Assembly (NCBI GenBank): GCA_031459535.1 | Contig: JAVKIJ010000005.1 | Location: forward strand, 1-64,000 | Direction of reading: 5' to 3' | Length of the DNA: 64,000 bases | Source of the DNA: Candidatus Fervidifonticultor quintus | GTDB taxonomy: Bacteria > Sysuimicrobiota > Sysuimicrobiia > Sysuimicrobiales > Humicultoraceae | Position numbers and translations under genes: made by a program | Notes under the pieces: model-generated | What the model was told of the DNA's origin: nothing | Databases searched by the model: none | What the model saw: only the letters and a program-made list of their open reading frames with translations | Part shown: positions 11,561 through 21,997 of the stretch, one piece after another | How the letters are laid out: every line of letters begins with the position of its first letter | Numbering within the stretch: position 1 is the first letter of the stretch

Positions 11561-12706
11561 GTGACCAAACACGTCGATGTGGCCGTCGTCGGCGCAGGGA
11601 TCCTCGGCCTGAGTGTCGGTTACCACCTGCTGTCGCGACAGCGATCCCTGCGGGTGGTGATCGTTGAGCAGGCCCCGGTCGCGGGGGCCGGCAGCACCGG
11701 CAAGGCCACCGGCGGGATTCGCTGTCAGCATGCCTCGGAGGTGCTCGTCCGCCTCTCGATGGCAAGCATCGACGAGTACCGGAACTTCGAGCGGCTGACC
11801 GGCGTAGACGTCGAGTTCGACGATGTGGGGTATCTCCTTTTCGCGTCCACCCCGCATGCGGCCGAGCAGCTCGCCGAGACTGTGGCCATCATGCGCCGGT
11901 GCGGGGTCGCGGTGGAGGCACTCGACGCCGGCGCGATCGCCAGGCGGTGGCCGCATCTGCGCACCGAGGGCATTCGCCTCGGCTCCTGGACGCCCGGGGA
12001 TGGCCACGCCTCGCCGCATGCGGCCGTGACCGGGTACCTCCAGGCCTACCGCAGACTCGGTGGCCGCATCGTCTTCGGAGAAAAGGTCGTGGGCATCGAG
12101 GTCGCGTCCGGTTCGGTCACGGGTCTGCGCACGGCAGATCGGACCATCGAGACGCCGGTCATCGCGAACGTCGCTGGGGTCGAGGCGGCCCAGCTGGCGC
12201 GATCGGCCGGCCTCGACCTGCCAGTGAGACCCTACCGCAGACAGGTCGCAGTGCTGGCACCGCTGCGGCTCGGAGACGGCCGGGTCCCCTTGACGATGGA
12301 CGTCGACTCAGGATGGTACCTCCATCAGCAGCGTGACGGCACCATGCTGCTGGGTGGCATAGACAAGGACACGCACCCCGGGACGCAGGAGGTCGTGGAT
12401 GCCGGGGTGATCGACCGGCTCCTGGAACTCGGGATGCGGCTCATCCCGCGCCTGGCGGCGGCGCGCCTGGTTCGCTCGTACGCGGGGCTTCGGGCGCTCA
12501 CCCCCGACGACCTGCCGATCCTCGGCCCCGCACCATGGCCCCGGGGGCTGTTCTGCGCGTGCGGGTTCGCCGGCCACGGCTTCATGCACGCGCCTGCGGT
12601 CGGAGACCTGCTGGCGCGGTGGATCCTCGACGGCGACCCGGGGATGTCAGGGCTTGACGCCTGCCTTCCTGACCGGTTCCTCAGGACGAGTACGAGCCTG
12701 CAATAA
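11561..12706 (+). CDS. FAD-dependent amine/amino-acid oxidoreductase (DAO / sarcosine oxidase beta family)
   Basis: VVGAGILG Rossmann motif, GSTGKATGGIR, TPDDLPILG, GFAGHGFMHAP; GTG 6 nt after a TGnTACGCT -10 element. Confidence 0.9.
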   Translation: MTKHVDVAVVGAGILGLSVGYHLLSRQRSLRVVIVEQAPVAGAGSTGKATGGIRCQHASEVLVRLSMASIDEYRNFERLTGVDVEFDDVGYLLFASTPHAAEQLAETVAIMRRCGVAVEALDAGAIARRWPHLRTEGIRLGSWTPGDGHASPHAAVTGYLQAYRRLGGRIVFGEKVVGIEVASGSVTGLRTADRTIETPVIANVAGVEAAQLARSAGLDLPVRPYRRQVAVLAPLRLGDGRVPLTMDVDSGWYLHQQRDGTMLLGGIDKDTHPGTQEVVDAGVIDRLLELGMRLIPRLAAARLVRSYAGLRALTPDDLPILGPAPWPRGLFCACGFAGHGFMHAPAVGDLLARWILDGDPGMSGLDACLPDRFLRTSTSLQ

Positions 12707-12761
12707 TCCAGACGGCCGAGACCGTCTTTATGACCGGACGGCACACCGACGGGGGGAAAGG

Positions 12762-13307
12762 TTGCCGCAGCCAGCGGGTTGGCCGCGCCGGGGGTTCGAA
12801 GAAGTCGTCCGCCCTCATCTGGAGTACCTGTACGCGCTCAGCGTGCGGCTGACCGGCAATCACACCGATGCTGAAGACCTGGTACAGGACGCGCTGCTCC
12901 GGGCGTTCCGTGGTTTCGCCCGGCTGCGCAACCACCAGCAGCCCCGATTGTGGCTGACCCGGGTGCTGACCACCGCCTTCTACGACCGACCACATGGCAG
13001 TCGTGAGCATACTGCGGTCAACGTGGATGAGGCGTTCGACCTCTTCGACACCATCGTTGAAAAAGACCGATTTCCGTACTCCGACAGGGTTCACCTGGAC
13101 TTTCTGGACCTGTTCGACGACACGAAGGTGATCGAGGTCTTGCAAAGGATCCACCCCTCGCACCGTGCCGCCCTGATTCTGGCCTACGTATACGCCTACA
13201 AGACACGGGAGATCGCCAAGATCACCGGTGCCCCGTTGGGCAGGAGGCGATCATGGCCTCGGTCCGCGAGGCCTACCGTGCGGTCATCGGGGCACGGAGC
13301 ACTGTAG
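12762..13307 (+). pseudogene. ECF sigma factor with truncated region 4
   Basis: Region 2 DAEDLVQDALLRAF...WLTRV is present; region 4 reads REIAKITGAPLG and then diverges where TV.SRL.R is expected, running into the next gene's RBS. Start is uncertain. Confidence 0.7.
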
Positions 13308-14011
13308 CGGAACGGCTCTACGATCCCGAACAGCTGGCCCTGCTGCCGCGCGGGGCCATCGAGCAGGCGCTGGGCGTGGGCAATCCCGTGCGCGCCGCCG
13401 GGCTGCAACCAGGGGAGATTGTGGTGGACCTGGGCTGCGGTGGGGGCATCGACACCATCCTGGCCGCACATGCCGTGGCACCCGAAGGCAAGGCCATCGG
13501 GCTGAACATGCTGCCGGAGATGCTGGAGGTCGCGGCGCGCAATGCCCGGGAGGCCGGTGTGCGCAATGTGGAATGGCTGCGCGGGGAGATCGAAGCGATT
13601 CCTCTGCCCGACGCCAGCGTCGACGTCGTCATCAGCAACGGGGTGGTCAACCTCTCACCGCTCAAGTCGCGGGTGTTCGCCGAGATCTTTCGCATCGTGC
13701 GCGCGGGCGGGCGCATGGTCGTGGCCGACATCATGGTGGATGAGGATCTTCCCACAGAGATCCTGACCAGCGCCGCCGCCTGGGCGGGGTGACTGTCCGG
13801 TGCCCTGGCGGAGCGTGTCTTCGTCAACAAGCTGCAGAAGATCGGGTTCGCTGAGATTGAACGCGGAGAGGAGTCGCCGTTCGGCGTGGACGAGTGCGAG
13901 CAGTATCCGCTGTTCACACCGGAATTGATTGCGCTGATGCGGCGGCTCATCCCGCCAGAACGCCAGTCGAAGACGGCAAAGTCGGTCATCTTCACCGCGA
14001 GAAAGCCATAG
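13253..14011 (+). CDS. ArsM-like SAM-dependent methyltransferase, probable selenoprotein (UGA at 13790-13792)
   Basis: AGGAGG RBS; VVDLGCGGGID SAM motif; AWAG-TGA-LSGAL aligns with the ArsM W.GC..GAL motif; frame stays open to ...VIFTARKP-TAG at 14011; hairpin at 13806-13826. Confidence 0.78.
13806..13826 (+). promoter_or_regulatory. Candidate bacterial SECIS element
   Basis: 8-bp stem UGGCGGAG/CUUCGUCA (two G-U pairs) with loop CGUGU, which has G at position 2 and begins 21 nt after the UGA. Confidence 0.55.
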
Positions 14012-14058
14012 CTCACACTGCCCGTCTCTTTAGGGAGCGTGGACAATGGAAATGCACC

Positions 14059-14166
14059 ATGGCCTGGATCAAGACGCTGGATGAAGGCGAGGTCGGCGGG
14101 TTGCTGCGCCAAGTCTATGAAGCCGAACTGGCCCGACTGGGATTCGTCATGAGAAGACCTGCTTGA
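14059..14166 (+). pseudogene. AhpD/CMD-like (peroxidase-related) protein, N-terminal fragment
   Basis: MAWIKTLDEGEVGGLLRQVYEAELARLGFV resembles N-termini of this family; ends abruptly about 200 nt before the IS481. Confidence 0.5.
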
Positions 14167-14374
14167 CGGCGGTGGTGAAGGAGTCGAAGGGCCTGTGCCA
14201 GATCCGGCTTGATGGACAGCGCCTTGGTAGCCTCCATGAGGTGGCCAATGCCATCGTGCCCGTGGGCTGGCCGCCGATGAAGGATCTGATGGCGAAGTCA
14301 TCGAGTACAGGGTTCCAATCTACGTCTGAGGTGGCTGTTCGGCCGCCCGTGCGGTGACCGAGCAGGACCTAGAG

Positions 14375-15372
14375 TGTCCTGTTTCACATTAGTGTTGACA
14401 GTGAAGGAGGGTCAGATGACGTATCCTTCCCGTTGGATACGAACCCCTCATGGGGTGACGGGGAGGACCGGCCATGACCCTCGACGACAGTGTACACGGA
14501 TTCCGCCTGCGGGTGATAGCCCGCGCGCAGGCGCTGGGGAACGTCAGCCAGGCCTGCCGGGAGGCGGGGATCTCCCGCACGCTGTTCTATCGCTGGCGGA
14601 AACGGTACGTGGCCTACGGCCCCGACGGCTTGCATCCCCGCCGTCAGGGGCCACGACCCGGTCGGCCTCCGTCTCTGAGTGTGCACGTCGAGCGGGCGAT
14701 CCTGGCGCTGGCCCTGGCTTGGCCTCCGTGGGGGCCAGCTCGGCTGGCGGCCCAACTGGCGCGGCCTGAGTACGGCGGGTGGCGCGTGGCGCCGGCCACG
14801 ATCTACCGGCTGCTGCGGCGCCGCGGCCTGCAGACCCGCTGGGAGCGCCTGGCCGTGCTCGAGGTCCACAGTGCTCGGAGCGCCGGGCTCCTCACGGAAC
14901 CGACGCGCCGACACCTGGCGCGGTCCTACCAGCACATCGAGGCGACCACGCCCGGCGAGTTGGTCTGCCTGGACACGTTCTACATCGGCAAGCTCAAAGG
15001 GGTCGGCAGGGTCTGGCAGTACACGGCCTGCGATGCCGCCTGCTCGTATGCCGTGGCGCAGGTCTCGACGGAGTTCTCGGCCCGCGCGGCGGCGCGCTTC
15101 CTGACGACCCGGGTACTGCCCGCCTATCGCGCGGCCGGCTGGCCAGTACAGCGCCTCCTGACCGATCGGGGCAACGAGTACCGCGGCGTCTTCGATCAGG
15201 CCTGTCGGGCACACCGCATCCCGCACACGCGGACCCAACCGCGCCATGCCTGGACCAACGGCTTCGTCGAGCGCCTGCAAGGCACCATCTTGAGCGAGCT
15301 GTGGCGCATCGAATTTCGTCGGTGCTTCTTCACCCGCGTGGCGACAATGCAGAATGTCTTGGACCGATACCT
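14375..15372 (+). mobile_element. IS481-family element, right end missing
   Basis: Left end TGTCCTGTTTCACATTAGTGTTGACA at 14375. Transposase from 14474 has HTH GNVSQACREAGISRTLFYRW and DDE residues (LDT, TDRGNEY, TNGFVER). Homology stops at VLDRYL before the YN..RPH motif; no right IR was found. Confidence 0.85.
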
Positions 15373-15376
15373 GGCA

Positions 15377-17161
15377 TCACCGGGAAGCGAGGCCCAGTGT
15401 CCTCGCCAGGAAGGCCGCCAGATCGGCTACGGCGTCCCAGCCGAATCGCGGGACGCCGCCGGCGATATCGAGATCAGGACCGGCCCCATCGGCCACCACT
15501 GCGATGATGGGACCGGCCGGCGCCGGCCGGTCCGAGCGCACGCCTGCGCGCACCACCAAGACCTTGGGCAGGGCGGATCGGCTGTAGCCCTCGACCAACA
15601 CGCACCCGGCACCGGTGATGTCGGACAGCAGTGCTTCCAGCGGCACCTCGGCGCCGTCACTGCGCCGGACGACGGCGCCGCCTGGTCCGGCCAGCACGGT
15701 CTGGACGGCCCCGGCCCGCGCCGCGCGGGCGGTATCGGTGCCTTCCGTCTCTGCGGCGTCGAAGTGGACGTGGTGCTTGACCACGGCGACGGAGATTCCC
15801 AGCCGTCGGAACTCTGGAATCAACCGCTCGATGAGCGCCGTCTTGCCGGCCCCGGTCGCGCCGACGACGCCGATCGCCACTGGTGTGGGTTGCGGTGCGA
15901 CGGGGAGCGCTCCCGGGATCAGCAGACGCACCGTCACTGGCGCGCCCGCAGCCAGGTCGGCGTCCTCGGGCCCGATCTCGATCAGCGCGTTGGCGTCGCT
16001 GGCCGAGCGGAGCGTCGCCGTCCCCTGCCCCGGGAGAGGTGTAACCGTCACCCCGCGCTCCCCGAGGACGGCCCGGGCCCACAGGTGACGCTTGCGCCCC
16101 GTCCTCACCCGTAACGGCGCCGCCAGCCAGCCCCGCACCGCGGGCCGGTGCAGGTCGGGACAGCCTAGCATGGCACGCAGGGCCGGCCTGACCAGGACCT
16201 CGAACGCGATGCGAGCGGCCCCGGGCGTGCCGGGCAGGGCAAACACCGCACAGCCCCCCGCGGTGCCAAAGGCGACCGGCGCGCCCGGCTTCATGGCCAC
16301 GCCAGCGAAACGCAGCGTCACGCCCACGCGTCTCAGGGTCTGGCGCACATAGTCCCGTTCACCCACCGAGACGCCACCGCAGATTACGAACGCATCGGCG
16401 TCCAGCCCCTCTCTCACTTTGCGCTCCAGGTCCTCGGGGTGATCTCTGGCCACGCCCAGCAAGCGGGGCAGCGCGCCCGCCGCTCGGACTTCCGCGGCCA
16501 GCACGTAGGAGTTGCTTTCCCGAACCTGACCAGGGGCCAGAGACGCCTCTGGTGGGACGAGCTCATCGCCGGTGGCCAGGATGCTCACGCGAGGCCGACG
16601 CACCACGGGCACAACGCTACGTCCGAGCGCGGCCAGCAGGCCCAGGTGCCCGCTGGTCAGCTCAGTGCCGGCACGCAACACCGTCTCCCCGGCGCGCGCA
16701 TCTTCTCCGGAGGGGAAGACGTTGCGCCCGGACACTGCGGGGCCGGTGACGATCACCTCATCGTCGCGCCACTGGAGCAACTCGTTGGGGATCACCGCGT
16801 CGGCGTCCGCAGGGAGTGGTGTGCCGGTGGCGATGCGCACAGCCTCTCCGGGGCCGAGGGCGCGCGGCCACACCTGCCCCGAATAGATCGTCCCGACCAC
16901 CCTGAGCGTCACCGGCGCGTCCGGACCGGCACCGGCGACATCGGCAGAGCGCACGGCGATCCCGTCCATGGCCGCGCGGGGAAACGGGCAGAGGTCCTCG
17001 CCCGCCACCATGTCCTCGCCCAGGACGCGACCAGTGGCATCGGCCAGGGGAACGGTCTCGACCGGCTGGCGCGAGACGGAGTCCAGGACCAGGCGCAGCG
17101 CCACCTCGACGGGCGTCGCCCGCGGGGTCGAGGCTGGCTCGATTTCCACGCGTCCTACCAC
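15377..17161 (-). CDS. moeA: Molybdopterin molybdotransferase MoeA fused to MobB
   Basis: PFPRAAMDGIAV, ATGDEL, GGVSVGERDYV, MKPGAP, LPGTP; C-terminal GATGAGKTALIERL, VVKHH and LVEGY of MobB. Confidence 0.93.
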   Translation of the reverse strand: MVGRVEIEPASTPRATPVEVALRLVLDSVSRQPVETVPLADATGRVLGEDMVAGEDLCPFPRAAMDGIAVRSADVAGAGPDAPVTLRVVGTIYSGQVWPRALGPGEAVRIATGTPLPADADAVIPNELLQWRDDEVIVTGPAVSGRNVFPSGEDARAGETVLRAGTELTSGHLGLLAALGRSVVPVVRRPRVSILATGDELVPPEASLAPGQVRESNSYVLAAEVRAAGALPRLLGVARDHPEDLERKVREGLDADAFVICGGVSVGERDYVRQTLRRVGVTLRFAGVAMKPGAPVAFGTAGGCAVFALPGTPGAARIAFEVLVRPALRAMLGCPDLHRPAVRGWLAAPLRVRTGRKRHLWARAVLGERGVTVTPLPGQGTATLRSASDANALIEIGPEDADLAAGAPVTVRLLIPGALPVAPQPTPVAIGVVGATGAGKTALIERLIPEFRRLGISVAVVKHHVHFDAAETEGTDTARAARAGAVQTVLAGPGGAVVRRSDGAEVPLEALLSDITGAGCVLVEGYSRSALPKVLVVRAGVRSDRPAPAGPIIAVVADGAGPDLDIAGGVPRFGWDAVADLAAFLARTLGLASR

Positions 17162-17180
17162 GGAGGGAGCGATTCCCCGC

Positions 17181-20100
17181 TTACGCTGGAACCACCTTCA
17201 CCTTGGTGTCGTAGAAGACCGCGCTGGCACCCACCTGATCGGTCAGGCAGGTGTTGGTCAGCTTTGGGTCGGTACGGAAGACGGCGTTGGCGTGGACGCC
17301 CGCCCGCCGCCGGGGATCACCGGGGATCCGACGGCCGTCGATGACCACGTCGGAAGCCCCGCTGGCCCACATGCCGTAACCCACCGGGAATGCGATCACG
17401 CCGGGCCGGATGCCCTCGGAGACCTTGACCCGGCCGACGATGGGGATCTTCTGGCCGTTCTTCAGGTCCCACTCACCGGTAGGGTTGGTCGCGGACAGCA
17501 CGCGAACGCGGTCGCCGTCCCGGAGTTTGCGGGCCTCAGCATCCCTGGGATGCATGACGATGTAGTTCTCAGGCAGGACGCCGGTGAGCCAGTAGTTGGT
17601 GATCGTCCGGCTCTTGGTGTGCAGGATGATGCGGTTGGTGATGAGGTGCAGGTCGTAACCCCAGGCTTCGTCGCGGATCGGCCGATCCTGGCTGTCCGCC
17701 ACCGGGTGGTAGCCCGGCGCACCGGAGTAGTACCACCCCGTGAAGGCGCTCTTGCTGGTCGCCGCCTTCTCGAGGTAGAGGTTGACCATACTGCCGTAGT
17801 GGCCGCGTAGCTTGTCACCGTCGAAGGCCTGCTGATGATCCATGAAGCGCCCGCCACGGTTGAGCACATAGACGACCTTCCGCCACCAGCGCTCTCCTAG
17901 GATCGCGCGCCACCGGGCAGGGTCGAAGACCGACCGGGGCAGGTGCTGGCGCGCCGCGAGGAAGATCTGTTCCTCTTCCGGCGAGGCATCCGGCACCTCA
18001 TCGCCGGCCCGGTCGCCGAACGCGACGTTGGCCACAGCCCGAATGTAGAGGTCATCGGGGCGCACGAGATCCTGACCCGGCCCGAAGGCGTCTCTGCCGA
18101 ACCCGGACAGACCTAGCCGCTCGGCGATAGCCAGCATCAATGCTTCGAATGAGGCCGGCATCTCCTCACCAAAGACCCGCACGGGCCGCACAAGCGGTGC
18201 GATGACCGGGCTGTAGACCGGCGCCACCTTGGGCAGCACGTTGGGGTGCGTCCCGTGAAAGTCCCAGCGCTCCAGGAACGACAGGTCGGGGAAGATGTAG
18301 TCGGCGTACATCGAGGTGGGGCCGATGAGGATGTCGCAGGCGATAAACAGCGGGATCTTGTTGGGATCCGCCAGGATCTCGATGTTGGTGTGCCCCGCCG
18401 GCAGGGCGTAGGTGGGCGCGCCGCAGTAGAGCAGCAGGATCTTGATCGGGTACGGGTACCCCTCGGCTGCGGACGGGAGCAGCTCCTGGTAGATGTCGCT
18501 GGCCAGCGGGTACCACTGGCGCTTCGCCGGGTAGCCTGCGAACAGGGTGGAGTCTTCGTACTTCTCCTCCTGACGGATCAACCCCGTCCCAAACGGCGTC
18601 ATCCGATTGGCGTGCATCGCGCGCAAATTGAACGGTGCACCGGGGCGACTGCCTCCTTGATCGTAGGCACTCGCCCAGGTGGCTCCGCCCTTCCAGTCGT
18701 AGTTGCCGATCAATGTGTTGAGTGCCAGCCAGGCGAGCACGTTGTAGAACCCGTTGGTATGCTGGCTGCAGCCGCGGTGCACGTCTACGACGGCGCGCTT
18801 ACCATGGCTGGTGAACTCCCGGGCCAGCTCGACGACGTCCTCGGGCCTCACGCCTGCCAGCCCGGCCCATCCGGCGATGGAGCGCTTCCGGGACTCCTCG
18901 TAAAGGATTTGCAGGGCGCTCTTGACCGGGATGCCGCTGACGAAGGCATCGACCAGCAGGTCGCCCTCGACCGGAACCCGTGCATCATACGGGTCCACAG
19001 CGACTGGCCGGCCGTCCCGGAGCACCACGAACAGGTCGCGGTCGGAGACCCCCGCCTCGGCCGCGCGCAGGAACCGGCCGGGCCGCCCGTCCTCGATCTT
19101 CACCAGCCAGGCTCCGTTGCTCCACGTGGGCTCACCGTCCGCCGCGGCGGCGGCCCGGTTGGCGTTGGCGAGATATCTGGCATCGTAGCGCCGGTTCTCA
19201 ATGATCCAGCGGATCATGCCCATGGCGATGGCCGCCTCGGTGCCGGGCTTGTTCGGGAGCCACTTCCAGGCCTTGCTGGCCGATCGCGAGAATCGCGGGT
19301 CCACCACCGCGATCCTCAGCCGGCCGTCGGCGATCCCCTTGGTCAGCTTGGCCGCCCGCAGCGGCGGGCCGTAGTTGGCTTCGAGGGGGTTGGCGCCCAC
19401 GAAGATGATGAACTCGGCGTGTTCGGTGTCGCCCTGCCAGTAGAACTTGCGGCCACCGGTCCAGGCGCCGCTGACGTACTGGTCGCTCATCGCCTTGCTG
19501 GCAAAGTACAGCGAGCCTTGGCAGACCGTGGTGTGGCCGTGGCGGTTGACCGTCCCGAAGGCATCGGCGGCGAACCGTGTCACGAAGTCGCCGCGACCGC
19601 CCTTCTCGCGGCCCTTCCAGTAGACGAACTGGTTGTTCTTGGGTCCGAGGTCGGGGTGGTCGGGATCGATCAAGGTGTGGAGATAGGCGCGGTACTTGGT
19701 CTTGAACTGCTCCACGGTCATGGCCTTGCGCTTGATCTGCGCCACGTCCGCCGCCATGGCTCGCATGACGCCGGGGTCGCGTAGGGCGTAGACGTCCTTG
19801 AAGCCCTCGACCACCCGGTTCTCCTCTCCGGGGATGTCGGCGAACAGCCGACCGCCGTTGACGATCTCGGTGATGGCCTGATCCCAGGGGATGCTCTTCC
19901 ACCTGTTCGAACCTCTGGGGCCGGCGCGCTTGAGCACCGTCCGGATCCGGTAGGGGTCGTAGACGGACTGGATGCCAGCCTGCCCTTTAGGGCAGATCGC
20001 CCCGTTGACCCCGGCCAGATCGGCCACCGGCGTGCGATACGGCAGGTGGGGGACCAGAGTCCATGGACTCAGCGGATTGCCTTCGATCTTGACGGCCACA

Positions 20101-20336
20101 CCCCGCTCCAGGTACACCTTGATCCCGCACCCCGTGTTGCACTGCAGGCAGACCGAATACAGGGTGCTCTCGGGCCGCCCGTAGGGGTACGGTGCGCCTC
20201 CCGCGGGCGCCGCTTCCGCAGGCTGTGCACGGAGCAACGTCTCGGCGATGCGGCAGTAAGCCGCCGCGCCTCCCAGAAGGGCGGCGGAGGCCAGCAGCCC
20301 GCGGCGCGTGGTCGGTACAGACGTGTGCGCTGGCAT
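17181..20336 (-). CDS. Tat-exported molybdopterin oxidoreductase catalytic subunit, TtrA/SrdA-like clade
   Basis: GAGGAGG RBS; TRRGLL Tat motif; FS0 CLQCNTGC...[41 protein letters not shown] (probable Cys ligand), [14 protein letters not shown]. Confidence 0.88.
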   Translation of the reverse strand: MPAHTSVPTTRRGLLASAALLGGAAAYCRIAETLLRAQPAEAAPAGGAPYPYGRPESTLYSVCLQCNTGCGIKVYLERGVAVKIEGNPLSPWTLVPHLPYRTPVADLAGVNGAICPKGQAGIQSVYDPYRIRTVLKRAGPRGSNRWKSIPWDQAITEIVNGGRLFADIPGEENRVVEGFKDVYALRDPGVMRAMAADVAQIKRKAMTVEQFKTKYRAYLHTLIDPDHPDLGPKNNQFVYWKGREKGGRGDFVTRFAADAFGTVNRHGHTTVCQGSLYFASKAMSDQYVSGAWTGGRKFYWQGDTEHAEFIIFVGANPLEANYGPPLRAAKLTKGIADGRLRIAVVDPRFSRSASKAWKWLPNKPGTEAAIAMGMIRWIIENRRYDARYLANANRAAAAADGEPTWSNGAWLVKIEDGRPGRFLRAAEAGVSDRDLFVVLRDGRPVAVDPYDARVPVEGDLLVDAFVSGIPVKSALQILYEESRKRSIAGWAGLAGVRPEDVVELAREFTSHGKRAVVDVHRGCSQHTNGFYNVLAWLALNTLIGNYDWKGGATWASAYDQGGSRPGAPFNLRAMHANRMTPFGTGLIRQEEKYEDSTLFAGYPAKRQWYPLASDIYQELLPSAAEGYPYPIKILLLYCGAPTYALPAGHTNIEILADPNKIPLFIACDILIGPTSMYADYIFPDLSFLERWDFHGTHPNVLPKVAPVYSPVIAPLVRPVRVFGEEMPASFEALMLAIAERLGLSGFGRDAFGPGQDLVRPDDLYIRAVANVAFGDRAGDEVPDASPEEEQIFLAARQHLPRSVFDPARWRAILGERWWRKVVYVLNRGGRFMDHQQAFDGDKLRGHYGSMVNLYLEKAATSKSAFTGWYYSGAPGYHPVADSQDRPIRDEAWGYDLHLITNRIILHTKSRTITNYWLTGVLPENYIVMHPRDAEARKLRDGDRVRVLSATNPTGEWDLKNGQKIPIVGRVKVSEGIRPGVIAFPVGYGMWASGASDVVIDGRRIPGDPRRRAGVHANAVFRTDPKLTNTCLTDQVGASAVFYDTKVKVVPA

Positions 20337-20349
20337 CGCAATCCCTCCT

Positions 20350-21309
20350 CTACTTCCCATGGCAGGCCTGGCAGGATGCGGGTGTGCTTACGGCCATTGT
20401 CTTGCGGGATGCCGCGCCGATGTAGTAGACCCGCGGTTCGGTCTGCGCCGATTCGTTGAGCCGCATGGGCTGCTGTTGACTCCGCAACTCGGCCACCAGG
20501 CTCTCGCGGTCGTTGGCGTCCCCGAAGTACATGGCCCCGCCGATGCAGGTGCACACGCAGGCCGGTAGCAGTCCGGCCTCGATGCGGGACAGACAGAAGT
20601 GGCACTTGCGCCCGGCACCGATGGGCAGGGCGCCGTCAACCCGGGTCCAGAGGCGGCCGTACTCCACCCTGGGACGCGTCTCATACGCCTGGAGGGCCGG
20701 CGTGCCCTGGGTCCAGTACCGGCCGTGGTCGAACGAGAGCGCACCCTTGTAGGGGCATGCCTTCGCCGCGGCCTCAAACGCCTTCCGGTTGAACTTCTCG
20801 TAATCCACGGCCACGATACCGTCGGGGCGCTTCGTGATGGCGCCGGGGCTGGCGGCGTTGGCGGCGGGCAGACACGGCGGTCTGTCGCACTGCTGGCAGT
20901 TGGTCGGCATGAACCAGGCCTCGACGTCGGGGAACGTGCCCGATTCGACCTTCGGAACCGTCCGGTACGACACCCCGGGGGGCAGGCCGTTCTCGGCGGT
21001 ACACGCGATGGTGCACGCATCGCACCCGATGCAGCGCCGGGTGTCGATGACCATGATCCACTTTCGCTGCTCGGGGGGCTTGGCGAGAGCCCGGTACAAT
21101 TCGCGCTGCATGCGGATGAGCTGGTGCTCCCCCGGCCGAGGCTCGCGGATGGCCGCCGGGGGCGCCGCGGCAGCCCGCACTCGCCGACCCGACGCCCCTG
21201 CGGAGAGCGCGCCGCCGGTGCCGATCGCCACCGCCGCCGAGACGCTCTTCTTCAGGAAGGCGCGCCGCCCCACTGCCGGCGGCGCCGGAGAAGTGCCCGT
21301 CGCACACAC
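20350..21309 (-). CDS. Tat-exported TtrB/DmsB-like Fe-S subunit (three clusters predicted) with C-terminal CxxCH
   Basis: GRRAFLK Tat motif; CIGCDACTIAC, CQQCDRPPCLPAA, KFNRKAFEAAAKACPY, KCHFC...PACVCTC; ends SCQACHGK. Confidence 0.88.
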   Translation of the reverse strand: MCATGTSPAPPAVGRRAFLKKSVSAAVAIGTGGALSAGASGRRVRAAAAPPAAIREPRPGEHQLIRMQRELYRALAKPPEQRKWIMVIDTRRCIGCDACTIACTAENGLPPGVSYRTVPKVESGTFPDVEAWFMPTNCQQCDRPPCLPAANAASPGAITKRPDGIVAVDYEKFNRKAFEAAAKACPYKGALSFDHGRYWTQGTPALQAYETRPRVEYGRLWTRVDGALPIGAGRKCHFCLSRIEAGLLPACVCTCIGGAMYFGDANDRESLVAELRSQQQPMRLNESAQTEPRVYYIGAASRKTMAVSTPASCQACHGK

Positions 21310-21367
21310 GGTCCCACCACCTCCTGCGCGATGCCCGCCTTTGAGGCCAGCCTAGTAGGTGATGTCC

Positions 21368-21997
21368 CTAGGAAGGTATAGGGTCGGTACCCGATTTGGG
21401 CGTACGGCCTGCACCGTGGGCCTTGAGGCTGCTGTAGTCCTCGGGGGTGTTGATGTTGCGGAGGGTCTCCAGGCCCGGGCTGAGCACGGCCAGCTCCGCC
21501 TCTTCGATGCGCCGGACCCGCAACTCGCCCAGCACCTCGGACATTCGGAGGCCCCCCGCCGCGAGCCGCCGCTCGAGCGCGGCCAGGGCCGAGGTCGCGT
21601 AGACTGCGTGCAGGGGATGCCATCGGCCGCCCGCCCACGGGACGACCGCGTCGTATCCACGGGCCAGCGAGGTCATCCAGGTGACCACGCCCGCCGATAG
21701 ATGCGGAAGATCGCAGGCAGCCACGAAGGCCAGGGGTGTGGCGACAGCCCGCAGGCCGGTGCAGAGGCCCACGAGTGCGGCCCGGCGCGGGTCGGCATCG
21801 GTCACGACGCGCACACCCAGGGACGCGTAGCGAAGCGGCGTCTTGGTGACGACCATCAGATCGACGCAGGCGGGGCGGAGCGCCTCAATCACGTGTCGCA
21901 CTAGGGGCAGGCCGGCGAACTCGAGAAATGCTTTGTCGCGGCCCATGCGGTGGCTGTCGCCACCGGCCAGCACGACGCCCGTGACAGCAGGAGCCAT
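21368..21997 (-). CDS. mobA: Molybdenum cofactor guanylyltransferase
   Basis: VTGVVLAGGDSHRMGRDKA, AACDLP, HPLHAVY, NINTPED. Confidence 0.93.
   Translation of the reverse strand: MAPAVTGVVLAGGDSHRMGRDKAFLEFAGLPLVRHVIEALRPACVDLMVVTKTPLRYASLGVRVVTDADPRRAALVGLCTGLRAVATPLAFVAACDLPHLSAGVVTWMTSLARGYDAVVPWAGGRWHPLHAVYATSALAALERRLAAGGLRMSEVLGELRVRRIEEAELAVLSPGLETLRNINTPEDYSSLKAHGAGRTPKSGTDPIPS

Noticed and set aside
15373-16114. Apparent 546-aa transposase with a novel C-terminal domain
   Set aside because: The extension is antisense read-through over moeA/mobB after the IS truncation.
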